The notes under the pieces: generated by a model
What the model saw: the letters and a program-made list of their open reading frames with translations, nothing else
The model's database searches: none
Told to the model about the DNA's origin: nothing
Made by a program: the position numbers and the translations under genes
Part shown: positions 42,565 to 52,755 of the stretch, in pieces
How the letters are laid out: the number at the start of each line of letters is the position of its first letter
Numbering within the stretch: position 1 is the stretch's first letter
Source of the DNA: Oscillospiraceae bacterium
GTDB lineage: Bacteria; Bacillota; Clostridia; Oscillospirales; Ruminococcaceae
Assembly (NCBI GenBank): GCA_021769725.1
Contig: JAETSI010000001.1
Span: 103,340 to 167,339, forward strand
Direction of reading: 5' to 3'
DNA length: 64,000 nt

Positions 42565-44490
42565 TCACTCCTCATTCTGGCTGACAGGTGAATCGGAGTA
42601 AATATCACCGATTACACGGTCGTAAGTAAGTTCATCAAGCTCTTCAACGTGTTCGATTTCCGGATCGAATGCCGTAGAGTATATCGGGAGTTCTTTCATA
42701 TAGTTCATCATTTTTTCAATGAATGTATCTCTCGGTGCGTCAATTATATCAAGGATAACATACGGAACGTAGAAGAAAGAAAACTTTTCGTCAGGAACTT
42801 TTGAAAGATCAGCGTCATAGTTGCTCCAGAAGAAACAGGTCTGCTCGTAAAGTAGACTTTCTCTCTCCTCAGTAAGGTCGATGTCGTTGTATACGCTCGT
42901 TTCGTTTCTAAGTGACGGGAAATGATCTCCAACAAAGAAAACAAGAGTAGGCTCGTCAATATCTTCAAGCTGTTTCAAGAATTCATCAAGGGCATCGTTG
43001 GAAGTCTGTATCCACTGGAGATAGTTGCCGAATTCATCATCAGGATCTTCGCCGAGATTGTAGGGTTGATGATTCTGCATAGTAGTAGTGTGAATGTATA
43101 TTGGATCATCTGAATCATTCAGCAGATCAATAAGCTGATTGAAAATAGTAGCATCATCTACGTATGTACCGTAATGATTTACGTCAACAGTGAAGTCTGA
43201 TTCTCCCGTAGAGTCGTCGTGGAAGAGAAGATTCTTGAAGCCGAAGAGAGGATAAGTACTCTTTCTGCCATAGAATGTCGGCTGAAACGGATGAACATAT
43301 GCGGTATTGTAACCCCAGCTATCGTAATACTGAGCCATGGCCGGAAGATCATGTTCCTTGTTGAGATCCCTCTGCGGCATATTCGGATCGTTGAGCCCCT
43401 TTACCGGGAGACCAAAAAGAAGCTCAAATTCAGCACGTACAGTCCAGCTTGCAAATGTAGGAGTTATAATACGTCTGCTCTCGCCTTCCTGACAGGCTTT
43501 ATCGAATTTCTCATACGCTTCATTGTTTATTCTGCCTTTCAACTCGTCAAAAACACGGAAATCTGCGAATGATTCACTCATTATAACAATGACATTAGGT
43601 TTTTTTCCACCATTGAAATCACCGTTTGCAGCAACCTGAATATTACTCTGGATATCTTCTACATGTTCTTTGCTGTAGTTTTCAGGTTCTTTAAGTCTGT
43701 GTTCGTAATCTTCTGAGAGTGTCTGGAGAAGAAATCCTATAAACCCGTTTTTGTTAAATTTATCGTTGATCTTGCTCTGTCTTATCGTATATGTATCGTC
43801 GATGCCGAATGCTGAATAAGCAGTTCTGTAAAACGGAGGGCACATAACGAATCCGAAAGCAATGAGAACGAATGCGGCGCCAATTGATGCTCTTGGAATC
43901 GGTTTCCACTTTACCTTCGGGTTGAAGAAATAAATAAGGAAAATTGCTGCAATGACAATCAGATAGCATAAAACAAGATCCCAAGTGATCTTTATGTATG
44001 CAAATGAAGTCAGACTCTTGACGCTGCGAACCAGCTTCATATCTGAAATTATAAGATGATTACCGTTGGTATTGTATTTGAAACGCTCAGTGGTAGCCAG
44101 AGCAATATATATAAAACTCTGAATCAATGCAGTGATCCAGCCTGTTCTGAATAATGCCGTGAAAAAAGCGAAAATCAGATAGGTTATGACAAGACCGAAA
44201 AGCATTGGACCAAAGTGGTGCCCCCACATATTTAAATATCGTGTAACACTGCATCCCTGAATTATTTCTGCCATCGACAAAATAAAAACAGGAAAGATTA
44301 TAAGAAGTGCATAATTAAATTTTTTGAATTTTTCAGTTCGTTCCCCACGCCCCTGATTAAATAACTTTAATTTCCTGAAACGTTCTTTCTTTTCAGAAGC
44401 ATCTGTTTTTTCTTCCGGCTTTTCGGCAATATCCAGCATATTTCCTTTTGACCCGGAAGTCTGATCCTGTTTAATTGATTTACCAGCCAT
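42565..44490 (-). CDS. LTA-synthase-family sulfatase-domain membrane protein
   Basis: 5 N-terminal TMs plus an extracellular alkaline-phosphatase-superfamily domain (VIVIMSESF...). Confidence 0.75.
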   Translation of the reverse strand: MAGKSIKQDQTSGSKGNMLDIAEKPEEKTDASEKKERFRKLKLFNQGRGERTEKFKKFNYALLIIFPVFILSMAEIIQGCSVTRYLNMWGHHFGPMLFGLVITYLIFAFFTALFRTGWITALIQSFIYIALATTERFKYNTNGNHLIISDMKLVRSVKSLTSFAYIKITWDLVLCYLIVIAAIFLIYFFNPKVKWKPIPRASIGAAFVLIAFGFVMCPPFYRTAYSAFGIDDTYTIRQSKINDKFNKNGFIGFLLQTLSEDYEHRLKEPENYSKEHVEDIQSNIQVAANGDFNGGKKPNVIVIMSESFADFRVFDELKGRINNEAYEKFDKACQEGESRRIITPTFASWTVRAEFELLFGLPVKGLNDPNMPQRDLNKEHDLPAMAQYYDSWGYNTAYVHPFQPTFYGRKSTYPLFGFKNLLFHDDSTGESDFTVDVNHYGTYVDDATIFNQLIDLLNDSDDPIYIHTTTMQNHQPYNLGEDPDDEFGNYLQWIQTSNDALDEFLKQLEDIDEPTLVFFVGDHFPSLRNETSVYNDIDLTEERESLLYEQTCFFWSNYDADLSKVPDEKFSFFYVPYVILDIIDAPRDTFIEKMMNYMKELPIYSTAFDPEIEHVEELDELTYDRVIGDIYSDSPVSQNEE

Positions 44491-44693
44491 TTGCTATCAT
44501 CCCTTTTAATTATTTTATCATTTTTATATTTTATCTCCAAAAACTCCGGTTAGTATTTATAATATATCACAAATCAAAATAAAGTTCAAGTGCTCTCAAA
44601 AAATATCACAATTCTGTAATTATTTTCGGCGTATTAGTAATACTATACTGAAAAATAGGGCTTGTTTTGTGCAAATTTAACACGAATTTTACA

Positions 44694-45407
44694 TTAAATA
44701 ACCAATCCGCCGTTAACAGCAAGAATCTGTCCTGTGATATATTCAGCCTGATCCGAGGCTAAGAATGAAGCTGCGTCGGCTATATGCCGGGGTTCTCCGA
44801 AGATTCCAAGTGGAATATCCTCACGGATCAGGTCAAGATCTTCCGGCGAATATCGGCTGTTCATTTCAGTCATAATGAAACCGGGAGCTATGCAGTTTAC
44901 CCGTATTCCCGACGGTGCAACTTCCTTTGCCAAAGCTTTGGTAAATCCGATTATTCCGGCTTTTGATGCCGAGTAATCGACCTCACAGGATGCTCCGCAC
45001 TGCCCCCACATTGAGGAAATATTGATAATGCATCCTGATTTCCGGCGTATCATATGCGGCAGAACGGCACGTGAGCAGTTCATGACGCCCCACAAGTTGA
45101 TGTCAAGGAGCTTCCGTGCTTTTTCAGAAGACAAGTGCGTGAAAAGCTCTGTTTCCGAGATTCCGGCATTATTTACAAGAAGATCTATTTTTCCGGCTTT
45201 TTCAATGGCTGCTGCTGTTTCAGCATTGTCTGATACATCAAAGTACAGCGCCGTTCCGTAAAGTTCTGCGGCAAGAGCTTCAGCTTTTTGCTGCGAATGA
45301 TAATAATTAATGATAACAGCGTATCCATCTGCGGCAAGACGTCGGCATATAGCTTCTCCTATTCCTCCGGCACCGCCTGTTACGAGTGCAGTTTTTAACA
45401 TGTTCAT
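44694..45407 (-). CDS. SDR-family oxidoreductase (FabG-like)
   Basis: TGGAGGIG Rossmann motif, NNAG, YSASKAG catalytic motif. Confidence 0.85.
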   Translation of the reverse strand: MNMLKTALVTGGAGGIGEAICRRLAADGYAVIINYYHSQQKAEALAAELYGTALYFDVSDNAETAAAIEKAGKIDLLVNNAGISETELFTHLSSEKARKLLDINLWGVMNCSRAVLPHMIRRKSGCIINISSMWGQCGASCEVDYSASKAGIIGFTKALAKEVAPSGIRVNCIAPGFIMTEMNSRYSPEDLDLIREDIPLGIFGEPRHIADAASFLASDQAEYITGQILAVNGGLVI

Positions 45408-45519
45408 CCCTCCGGGTTTAAATTATAACACAGAATATTGAAAAAATCCAGTGGTAATACTTGAAAAAATCCTGAAAACATGATATAATTAATGCGATAA
45501 TTTTTGCAGAGGTGATTTT

Positions 45520-45723
45520 ATGGATCAGAAAAAGATAGATCGTATAAACGAACTGGCACGGAAGTCAAAAACAAGCGGACTTACAGAGGATGAAAAGTCG
45601 GAGCAGATACTCCTTCGCAATGAGTACAGAATGTCCGTTACCGGCAGTCTTGCTGCTCAGCTTAACAATACATATGTAATGACCCCCGACGGGAAAAAGC
45701 ATAGATTAGGAAAGAACGGGTGA
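45520..45723 (+). CDS. DUF896/UPF0291-family small protein
   Basis: 67 aa, [22 protein letters not shown]...LR.EY pattern. Confidence 0.7.
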   Translation: MDQKKIDRINELARKSKTSGLTEDEKSEQILLRNEYRMSVTGSLAAQLNNTYVMTPDGKKHRLGKNG

Positions 45724-45727
45724 TCCT

Positions 45728-46123
45728 GTGACAAACGGAGAACTTTTTTCAATGGCTGTCAGTGCCGCAGGTAATTCTTACAGTCCGTATTCCGGATTCA
45801 GTGTAGGGGCTGCGCTTATTGCAGCTGACGGCAGGATCTTTACTGGATGCAATATCGAAAATGCATCATTTTCCCTGACCAACTGCGCCGAGCGTACAGC
45901 GTTGTTCAAGGCAGTTTCTGAGGGGATCAGGGATTTCAGAGCCATTGCTGTGGCAGGCGGAAGCGGCGGTGACTTTTCAAAAAGATGCGTCCCCTGCGGA
46001 GCTTGTTTACAGGTTCTGAGAGAATTCTGCGGAGACGATTTCGTGATAATTCTTTCGGACGGATGGTTTCGTCTTGCAGATTTCCTGCCCATGCAGTTCT
46101 GTGGCAGCAATATTAAAAAGTAA
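45728..46123 (+). CDS. cdd: cytidine deaminase
   Basis: YSPYSGFSVGAAL, CAERTA and CVPCGACLQ zinc motifs; GTG start. Confidence 0.9.
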   Translation: MTNGELFSMAVSAAGNSYSPYSGFSVGAALIAADGRIFTGCNIENASFSLTNCAERTALFKAVSEGIRDFRAIAVAGGSGGDFSKRCVPCGACLQVLREFCGDDFVIILSDGWFRLADFLPMQFCGSNIKK

Positions 46124-46132
46124 GGAGCAATT

Positions 46133-47974
46133 ATGTTAAAAGAAAAAATAGAAAAACATCTGCTTGAAGTCCAGAAGCCGTCACGCTACATAGGCGGCGA
46201 GACAGGCAGTGTCGTCAAGGATATTTCAGGGGTAGACGTGCGTTTTGCCTTTTGTTTTCCGGATACATATGATATAGGTATGTCTCACTTAGGAATGAAA
46301 ATACTCTACTCTCTTATAAATGAGCGTGAGAACTATTGGTGTGAGCGTTGTTTTGCTCCGTCTGAGGACTTTGAGGCAGTTATGCGTGAAAATGATATTC
46401 CGCTTTACGCTCTTGAAAGTCTTGATCCAATAAAGGATTTTGACTTTATTGGCTTTACCATGCAGTATGAGCTTTCCTATACAAATGTACTGAATATGCT
46501 TGATCTTGCAGGAATTCCGGTATTTGCCTCCGAGAGGAGCGATGAGCTTACAGGTATCGTCGTTGCCGGAGGGCCGTGCGTCTGCAATCCTGAACCGCTT
46601 GCAGATTTCTTTGATCTTTTCATACTCGGAGAGGGTGAAGAGGTCAATCTGGAGCTTATGGATCTCTATTTCGAAATGAAAAAACAGGGCGCTTCAAGGA
46701 AAGAATTTCTTTTGAAAGCCGCTCAGATCGAGGGGATCTACGTTCCGTCGCTCTATGAATTCAACTACAAGGATAACGGAACTATTTCCGGTGTAACGCC
46801 TTTGAACGGAGCGCCGCCGGTTATCCGGAAACGTATTATAAAGGACTTTGACAAGGTATATTATCCTGATAATTTTGTTCTTCCGTTTACGGAAATAGTT
46901 CACGACCGTGCTTCTGTCGAGGTACTGCGAGGATGCATACGTGGCTGTCGTTTCTGTCAGGCAGGATTCATTTACCGGCCTTTCCGTGAGAAAGATCCTG
47001 ATACTATATGTCGTGAAACAAAAACTCTATGCGAAAACACGGGATATGATGAGGTTTCCCTGGTTTCTCTCAGCACCAGCGACCATAAGCAGATAGACGA
47101 GATGCTTTCAAAGCTTATTGACTATACGGCGGCGGAAAGGATAAATCTTTCTCTCCCGTCGCTCCGTGTGGATAATTTCTCTGAGTCCCTCCTGGAGAAG
47201 ATCAAGAAAGTGCGCAAAAGCGGTCTGACTTTTGCTGCCGAGGGCGGTACTCAGCGGTTGCGTGACGTCATCAATAAGAATGTCAGCGAAGAAGAGATAA
47301 TGAATACCTGCCGTATCGCTTTTGCGGGCGGATATTCTGCGGTAAAGCTGTATTTCATGATGGGATTGCCGACAGAGACCGACGATGATATCAGGGGAAT
47401 CGCCGATCTGGCACAGCGCATTGTAGATCTGTTTTACAGTATTGAGAACCGTCCGAAAGGAAAGGGAGTTCAGGTCTCTATCAGCGTCGCTACTTTCGTT
47501 CCGAAACCTTTTACACCGTTTCAATTCGAGCCGCAGGACACACGTGAGATGATCGAATATAAGCAGAAGCTCCTTATGGATTCCGTCAAGACAAAGAAAA
47601 TAAAGGTAAGTTATCATGATCCGGATGTGAGTATGCTGGAAGTGATACTTGCAAAAGGTGACCGCAGACTGTGCAAAGCGGTATATGCAGCATGGAAAAA
47701 AGGCTGTAAATTTGACAGCTGGGATGAGCATTTTAAGTTTGACAAGTGGATGGAAGCCTTTGAAGAATGCGGTATTGATCCGGCATTCTATGCCAACAGA
47801 CGCTTTGAATATGACGAGATACTGCCCTGGGATCATCTTGATTACTATGTTTCAAAGGAATTCTTTATTCGTGAGAACAAGACGGCTCATAAAGCGATAA
47901 CCACCCCGAACTGCCGCCAGAGATGCTCGGGCTGCGGTGTAACGGCAAGAACAGGAGGAAGATGTTTTGAATAG
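46133..47974 (+). CDS. B12-binding-domain radical SAM protein (TIGR03960-like, function unknown)
   Basis: 613 aa; CIRGCRFCQAG radical SAM cluster motif; C-terminal CRQRCSGCG. Confidence 0.75.
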   Translation: MLKEKIEKHLLEVQKPSRYIGGETGSVVKDISGVDVRFAFCFPDTYDIGMSHLGMKILYSLINERENYWCERCFAPSEDFEAVMRENDIPLYALESLDPIKDFDFIGFTMQYELSYTNVLNMLDLAGIPVFASERSDELTGIVVAGGPCVCNPEPLADFFDLFILGEGEEVNLELMDLYFEMKKQGASRKEFLLKAAQIEGIYVPSLYEFNYKDNGTISGVTPLNGAPPVIRKRIIKDFDKVYYPDNFVLPFTEIVHDRASVEVLRGCIRGCRFCQAGFIYRPFREKDPDTICRETKTLCENTGYDEVSLVSLSTSDHKQIDEMLSKLIDYTAAERINLSLPSLRVDNFSESLLEKIKKVRKSGLTFAAEGGTQRLRDVINKNVSEEEIMNTCRIAFAGGYSAVKLYFMMGLPTETDDDIRGIADLAQRIVDLFYSIENRPKGKGVQVSISVATFVPKPFTPFQFEPQDTREMIEYKQKLLMDSVKTKKIKVSYHDPDVSMLEVILAKGDRRLCKAVYAAWKKGCKFDSWDEHFKFDKWMEAFEECGIDPAFYANRRFEYDEILPWDHLDYYVSKEFFIRENKTAHKAITTPNCRQRCSGCGVTARTGGRCFE

Positions 47975-48623
47975 AGTCAGAGCTGTTTTTGAAAAAAAAG
48001 GACGTGCAAAATATATTTCTCACCTTGATCTTAACAGATGTATGTTAAGGATCTTCCGTCGTTCCGGACTACCGGTATGGTATACGGAGGGCTTCAATCC
48101 ACATCCCTACTACTCTTTCGCTCTGGCTCTTTCACTGGGTTTTGAGAGCAGCTGCGAAATCCTTGACTTCAACATAACTGATGATTCAATGTCATTGGAT
48201 GAGATAAGGGACAGGCTTAACAAGGTCATGCCGGAGGATATGAGAATCGTTTCGGTAAAGCCGCAGCGGCTGAAGATCACAGAGATTGCCAAAGCTGAGT
48301 ACGCTGTTTTTCTGGCATCGGAAAATGCAGAAAAACTTATTGCCGATGTGCAGGCGCTTATGAACTCGGATGAGATACTTGTTGAGAAAAAGACCAAAAG
48401 GGGATTTAAACAAGTTGATATCAAACCCGATACAGAGCTTGTTGAGTGCAGGAAAAACGGAGCATTCCTGGAGATCACCATGCGGCTTCCTGCCGGAACA
48501 CAGACAAATTATAATCCCACGCTTTTTCTGGATGCTCTGAAAAATGCCGGATCACAGCCTTTTTCGGTGGAAAGGATACGCAGAATAGGAATTTTATGCA
48601 AAAATAATGAAATTTTTTCATAA
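47967..48623 (+). CDS. TIGR03936/DUF2344-like radical-SAM-associated protein
   Basis: 218 aa; RAKYISHLDLNR...RRSGLPVWYTEGFNPHP signature; 8-nt overlap with the upstream radical SAM gene. Confidence 0.7.
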   Translation: MNRVRAVFEKKGRAKYISHLDLNRCMLRIFRRSGLPVWYTEGFNPHPYYSFALALSLGFESSCEILDFNITDDSMSLDEIRDRLNKVMPEDMRIVSVKPQRLKITEIAKAEYAVFLASENAEKLIADVQALMNSDEILVEKKTKRGFKQVDIKPDTELVECRKNGAFLEITMRLPAGTQTNYNPTLFLDALKNAGSQPFSVERIRRIGILCKNNEIFS

Positions 48624-48629
48624 AAACAC

Positions 48630-48658
48630 TTGCTTTTTTTTTTGAAATATGGTATGAT
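48630..48658 (+). promoter_or_regulatory. promoter TTGCTT-17-TATGAT with extended -10 TG
   Basis: Hexamers at 48630-48635 and 48653-48658. Confidence 0.55.
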
Positions 48659-48869
48659 ATAAAAGCATTTGAAATCCGTCTGGCGTTTTGTGCGTGCAGA
48701 TGAGAGTTAATGCCGAAAGACATTAAATCGGACAGTCCGCTGCCTGAATATACGGAGCGATCCGTACAGCGTTTATTGATGCGTATTTACATTTTTCCGC
48801 AGATGCCAAATGCTGAAAGGCTTTTGCGGAACGGGTAAGAATGTCCGGAAATTTTAGGAGGAAATTAAA
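48659..48869 (+). promoter_or_regulatory. long structured 5' UTR of rplS (candidate L19 leader)
   Basis: About 200-nt leader with several hairpins at the position where the L19 leader occurs in Firmicutes; not model-verified. Confidence 0.35.
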
Positions 48870-49214
48870 ATGGATGCACTCAAATTAATCAGCGAGTCAA
48901 GCATGAAGGAAAACGTTCCGCAGTTCAACATTGGTGATACCGTAAAGGTTCACGTACAGATCAAGGAAGGCGACAAGAGCCGTATCCAGGTATTTGAGGG
49001 AACTGTTATTGCTAAGAAGCACGGCGGAATCAGCGAGACATTTACTGTAAGACGTGTTGCACACGGATGCGGAATCGAAAGAGTATTCCCTCTTCACTCT
49101 CCTGTTGTTGACAAGGTAGAGGTCGTAAGACGCGGTAAAGTTCGTAGAGCTAAGCTTTATTACCTCAGAGATAGAGTGGGTAAGGCTGCTAAGGTCAAGG
49201 AACAGATCCGCTGA
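48870..49214 (+). CDS. rplS: 50S ribosomal protein L19
   Basis: [27 protein letters not shown] canonical L19. Confidence 0.96.
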   Translation: MDALKLISESSMKENVPQFNIGDTVKVHVQIKEGDKSRIQVFEGTVIAKKHGGISETFTVRRVAHGCGIERVFPLHSPVVDKVEVVRRGKVRRAKLYYLRDRVGKAAKVKEQIR

Positions 49215-49253
49215 TCGGATACAGACGGGGTTCGGTCGGTTTATGCCGGCTGA

Positions 49254-49349
49254 ACTAATACTAATCCCTGAAATGTTAGTAGATAATGCATACAGACGGA
49301 ATTTGTGACGTTAGATTTGTCTATTGTTATTTAAGGGATTAGTATAAGT
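49254..49349. repeat. 15-bp terminal inverted repeat pair (ctaatactaatccct / agggattagtataag) enclosing 64 nt
   Basis: 14/15 complementary; right arm GGGATTAGTATAA is repeated at 28680-28692. Confidence 0.7.
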
Positions 49350-49524
49350 TGTCTTGAATCAGAGAGTCTGTCCCCGGATTGCTGAGATGCGGTTTTTGAC
49401 GTACTGTGTTTGATTTTCAGCCATATTGTCAGTATCAGTATGCCTGCAAACGACCTGCCTGTCTGCCGCATCCGCACAGCAGACCAGGGACAGGCTTTTT
49501 ATTATATATTACAGGAGGATTATC

Positions 49525-50253
49525 ATGAACGAAAATAAAGATCTTGAAATAGAAAAAGACGAGGATGCTCCTGAAAACGAGCCGGAAACAGCGTCTCCGC
49601 AGGAATCAGCGCCTGGGCAGGGGAGCATTGGTGAAAATAAAAACGGCAAGCTGCTAAGAGATATAATGGATATAGTTGAATCAACTATGATGACTATATT
49701 CGTTATCATGATGATATTCACTTATCTGCTGCATCCGGTAAATGTAAAGGGAGAGTCCATGCAGCCGACCCTGATGGATTATGACAGGATTCTTATGACT
49801 ACTGTTTATTTTGAACTTGAATACGGTGATATCGTTATTGTTGATAATGATACTGCATACGATATCGACGAAAACGGAAAGCCCGTTGCTGTGAATATCG
49901 ACGGAAAGCAGCTTGATGAATGTATTATCAAGCGTATAATTGCAACAGGCGGACAGACGCTTGACATCCGTGACGGAAAGGTCTATGTTGATGGAAAGCA
50001 GCTTGATGAGCCGTATATAGCCAAAGGAGCACGCACATATCCTTTGAACGGATTTAATAACAAATATCCGATCACTATTCCTGATGGCTATTACTTTGTG
50101 ATGGGCGATAATCGTGAGCATTCTTCGGACAGCCGCCATGCCGATGTGGGACTTATCAAGAAATCGCAGATTTACGGAAAGGCTCTGGTAAGATATTCAC
50201 CCCTCAGCAAATTTAAATTCCTGTGGGATACTGAAGATGAGTCGGCAGAATAA
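49525..50253 (+). CDS. lepB: signal peptidase I
   Basis: GESMQPTL (Ser), IKRIIATGGQT (Lys), MGDNREHSSDSR boxes; ATG 49525 after AGGAGG. Confidence 0.9.
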   Translation: MNENKDLEIEKDEDAPENEPETASPQESAPGQGSIGENKNGKLLRDIMDIVESTMMTIFVIMMIFTYLLHPVNVKGESMQPTLMDYDRILMTTVYFELEYGDIVIVDNDTAYDIDENGKPVAVNIDGKQLDECIIKRIIATGGQTLDIRDGKVYVDGKQLDEPYIAKGARTYPLNGFNNKYPITIPDGYYFVMGDNREHSSDSRHADVGLIKKSQIYGKALVRYSPLSKFKFLWDTEDESAE

Positions 50254-50270
50254 GGTCGTTTTCTGATTAA

Positions 50271-50861
50271 ATGAAAAGGAAAAATAAATTTCCGGGGGTT
50301 CTTGCAGCAGTGTCCGGATTTATCGAAATGCTGTTTATAACGCTGTTGGTCGTGAGCCTTGTCTTTACATACTTGCTGCGGATAGTTGAGGTCAGCGGCG
50401 ATTCAATGAGTTCTACCCTTGAATCGGGGGATAAAGTTATAATGACGTCCAGGTGCAGGCACCCGAAGCAGGGAGATATCATTGTGTTCTATGCTTCCAG
50501 AGCTGTAATTCTGGACGATAATTCCGAAATCGTGGTGTCCGCCGGAATACGTCAGAATCTGATGAAGCGTGTGATCGCTGCGGAGGGACAGACGGTGGAT
50601 TTTGACTTTGCTGCCGGAAGGGTTTATGTTGACGGCAGAGAGCTTGACGAACCATATATCAGCGGACTTACTCACAGTGATCAGGGTGCGTTTACCGGAA
50701 AATATCCTGTAACCGTGCCGGATGGGTATGTTTTTGTAATGGGTGACAACAGGCGTGCTTCTATTGACAGCCGTGCAAGCGAACTGGGATTTGTTCCGAT
50801 AGATGATATAATCGGCAGGGTTGTTTTCAGTATATCTCCGTTCGGATTTATTGATGATTAA
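50271..50861 (+). CDS. signal peptidase I (second tandem copy)
   Basis: GDSMSSTL, MKRVIAAEGQT and MGDNRRASIDSR boxes. Confidence 0.9.
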   Translation: MKRKNKFPGVLAAVSGFIEMLFITLLVVSLVFTYLLRIVEVSGDSMSSTLESGDKVIMTSRCRHPKQGDIIVFYASRAVILDDNSEIVVSAGIRQNLMKRVIAAEGQTVDFDFAAGRVYVDGRELDEPYISGLTHSDQGAFTGKYPVTVPDGYVFVMGDNRRASIDSRASELGFVPIDDIIGRVVFSISPFGFIDD

Positions 50862-50873
50862 GAGGAGGTTCAT

Positions 50874-51752
50874 GTGGATAATACAGATATGAAACAGATT
50901 CAGTGGTTTCCGGGTCATATGGCAAAGACCAGAAGGCTTATTGCTGCAAATCTTAAGCTTGTGGATGCCGTTGCGGAGATCGTTGATGCGAGAGCACCGC
51001 TGAGCAGCCGTAATCCGGAAATGGACTTCATGACAAAGAACAAACCTCGTCTATTGATTCTGAACAAGTGTGATCTTGCGGACGAAAAGGCTACCCAGAG
51101 CTGGATAAATTACTTTAAAAACAACGGTACAGAAACTGTGGCAGTTGACTGCAAATCGGGCAAAGGACTTAAAAATATCCTGCCTGCGGTAAAAAATAAA
51201 GTTCTTGCGGAACTTATGGTCAAGCGTGAACAGAGCGGAATGTCAGGAGCTGCTGTAAGACTTATGGTCGTTGGGATTCCGAATGTGGGCAAGTCTACCG
51301 TTATCAACAGATTGTCGGGAGCAAAACATGCCAAGGCGGAAGATCGTCCCGGCGTTACCCGTACAAAGCAGTGGGTGAAGCTTGATAAGAGCACGGAACT
51401 GCTGGATATGCCCGGTGTTCTGTGGCCTAAATTTGAGGATCAGGATGCCGCCGTGCGTCTGGCGTTTACAGGCGCTATAAGCGACGATATCCTGGACATC
51501 GAAACACTGGCGGCAAAATTGCTTTCATTTCTTGCGGTCGGCTATCCGAATTCTCTCAAAGAGCGGTATAAGGTCGTGCCGGAAGCGGATATGAGTGGAT
51601 TTGAACTTCTTGAATCCGTAGGAAAAAAACGTGGAATGATGATTTCCGGTGGAGAGATCAACACAGAGCGTGCTGCCATTACCGTAATAGATGAATTCAG
51701 AAGCGGAAAACTGGGACGGATCACCCTGGAAATGCCGCAGAAAAGAGATTGA
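50874..51752 (+). CDS. rbgA: ribosome biogenesis GTPase A (YlqF)
   Basis: IQWFPGHMAKT; circularly permuted G motifs NKCDL ... GIPNVGKST; GTG 50874 after GAGGAGG (alternative ATG at 50889). Confidence 0.9.
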   Translation: MDNTDMKQIQWFPGHMAKTRRLIAANLKLVDAVAEIVDARAPLSSRNPEMDFMTKNKPRLLILNKCDLADEKATQSWINYFKNNGTETVAVDCKSGKGLKNILPAVKNKVLAELMVKREQSGMSGAAVRLMVVGIPNVGKSTVINRLSGAKHAKAEDRPGVTRTKQWVKLDKSTELLDMPGVLWPKFEDQDAAVRLAFTGAISDDILDIETLAAKLLSFLAVGYPNSLKERYKVVPEADMSGFELLESVGKKRGMMISGGEINTERAAITVIDEFRSGKLGRITLEMPQKRD

Positions 51753-51753
51753 T

Positions 51754-52380
51754 ATGGCGAGAATCATTCTTCACAAAGAGTTGTTTGACTATGACAGCAG
51801 ATTGCGTAAGGAATTTCCGCTGATCTGCGGTGTGGACGAAGCGGGCAGGGGACCTCTTGCAGGGGATGTTTATGCTGCTGCGGTGATTCTGAAAGACGGA
51901 GATATGATAGATTATCTTAATGACAGCAAAAAACTTTCAGAAAAACGCCGTGAGCAGCTGTACGATATTATCATAGATAAAGCGGAAGCTTACTGTATCG
52001 CCGTGGCTTCTGTTGAGGAGATCGACCGTCTTAATATTTTGAATGCAGCCATGCTTGCAATGAAACGTTCTGTCGAAGGATTGGGGGTAACTCCGGATCT
52101 TGCTCTTATTGATGGAAACCGTCTGCCTGATCTTGAATGCAATTCGAGATTCGTTATAAAAGGAGATGCCACATCTGCTTCGATTTCGGCAGCATCTGTG
52201 CTTGCAAAGGTTGCCAGAGATCGCTACATGAAAAAAATTGCGGAAAAATATCCGCAGTACGCATTTGAAAGGCATAAGGGATATGGTACGAAACTTCATT
52301 ATGAGATGCTTGAAAAGTATGGTATATCCGACGTTCATCGGCGATCATTCCTGAAAAAACTGACAGATGAAAGCCAGTGA
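51754..52380 (+). CDS. rnhB: ribonuclease HII
   Basis: ICGVDEAGRGPLAGDV and DSKKLS motifs. Confidence 0.93.
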   Translation: MARIILHKELFDYDSRLRKEFPLICGVDEAGRGPLAGDVYAAAVILKDGDMIDYLNDSKKLSEKRREQLYDIIIDKAEAYCIAVASVEEIDRLNILNAAMLAMKRSVEGLGVTPDLALIDGNRLPDLECNSRFVIKGDATSASISAASVLAKVARDRYMKKIAEKYPQYAFERHKGYGTKLHYEMLEKYGISDVHRRSFLKKLTDESQ

Positions 52381-52744
52381 AACGGGAAAGCTTGGTGAGG
52401 AAAGGGTCTGCGCATATTTGATTGGTCATGGCTACAGAATCGCTGCACGCAATTTCCGCATCAGAGGCGGAGAGATCGACATTGTTGCCGAAAATAGCTT
52501 TTATATTGCATTTGTGGAGGTCAAGACACGCAGACCAGACAGCATGACAACGGGATTTGAAGCTGTGACAAAACGAAAAAAAGGATTGATAATCCGAGCG
52601 GCGGCTGAATACTGCATAAGACATCCCAGCGGGCTTCAGCCAAGATTTGATACTGCTCAGGTTATTGCGGACGAAGGAAGGATTCTCCGGATTGATTATA
52701 TTGAAAATGCCTTCGATACGACAGGCTATAATTTTATATTCTGA
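52367..52744 (+). CDS. yraN: YraN-family (UPF0102) endonuclease-like protein
   Basis: GE..V..YL...GY.I.ARNFR...GEIDIVA...FVEVKTR pattern. Confidence 0.85.
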   Translation: MKASETGKLGEERVCAYLIGHGYRIAARNFRIRGGEIDIVAENSFYIAFVEVKTRRPDSMTTGFEAVTKRKKGLIIRAAAEYCIRHPSGLQPRFDTAQVIADEGRILRIDYIENAFDTTGYNFIF

Positions 52745-52755
52745 AAGGTGATATT

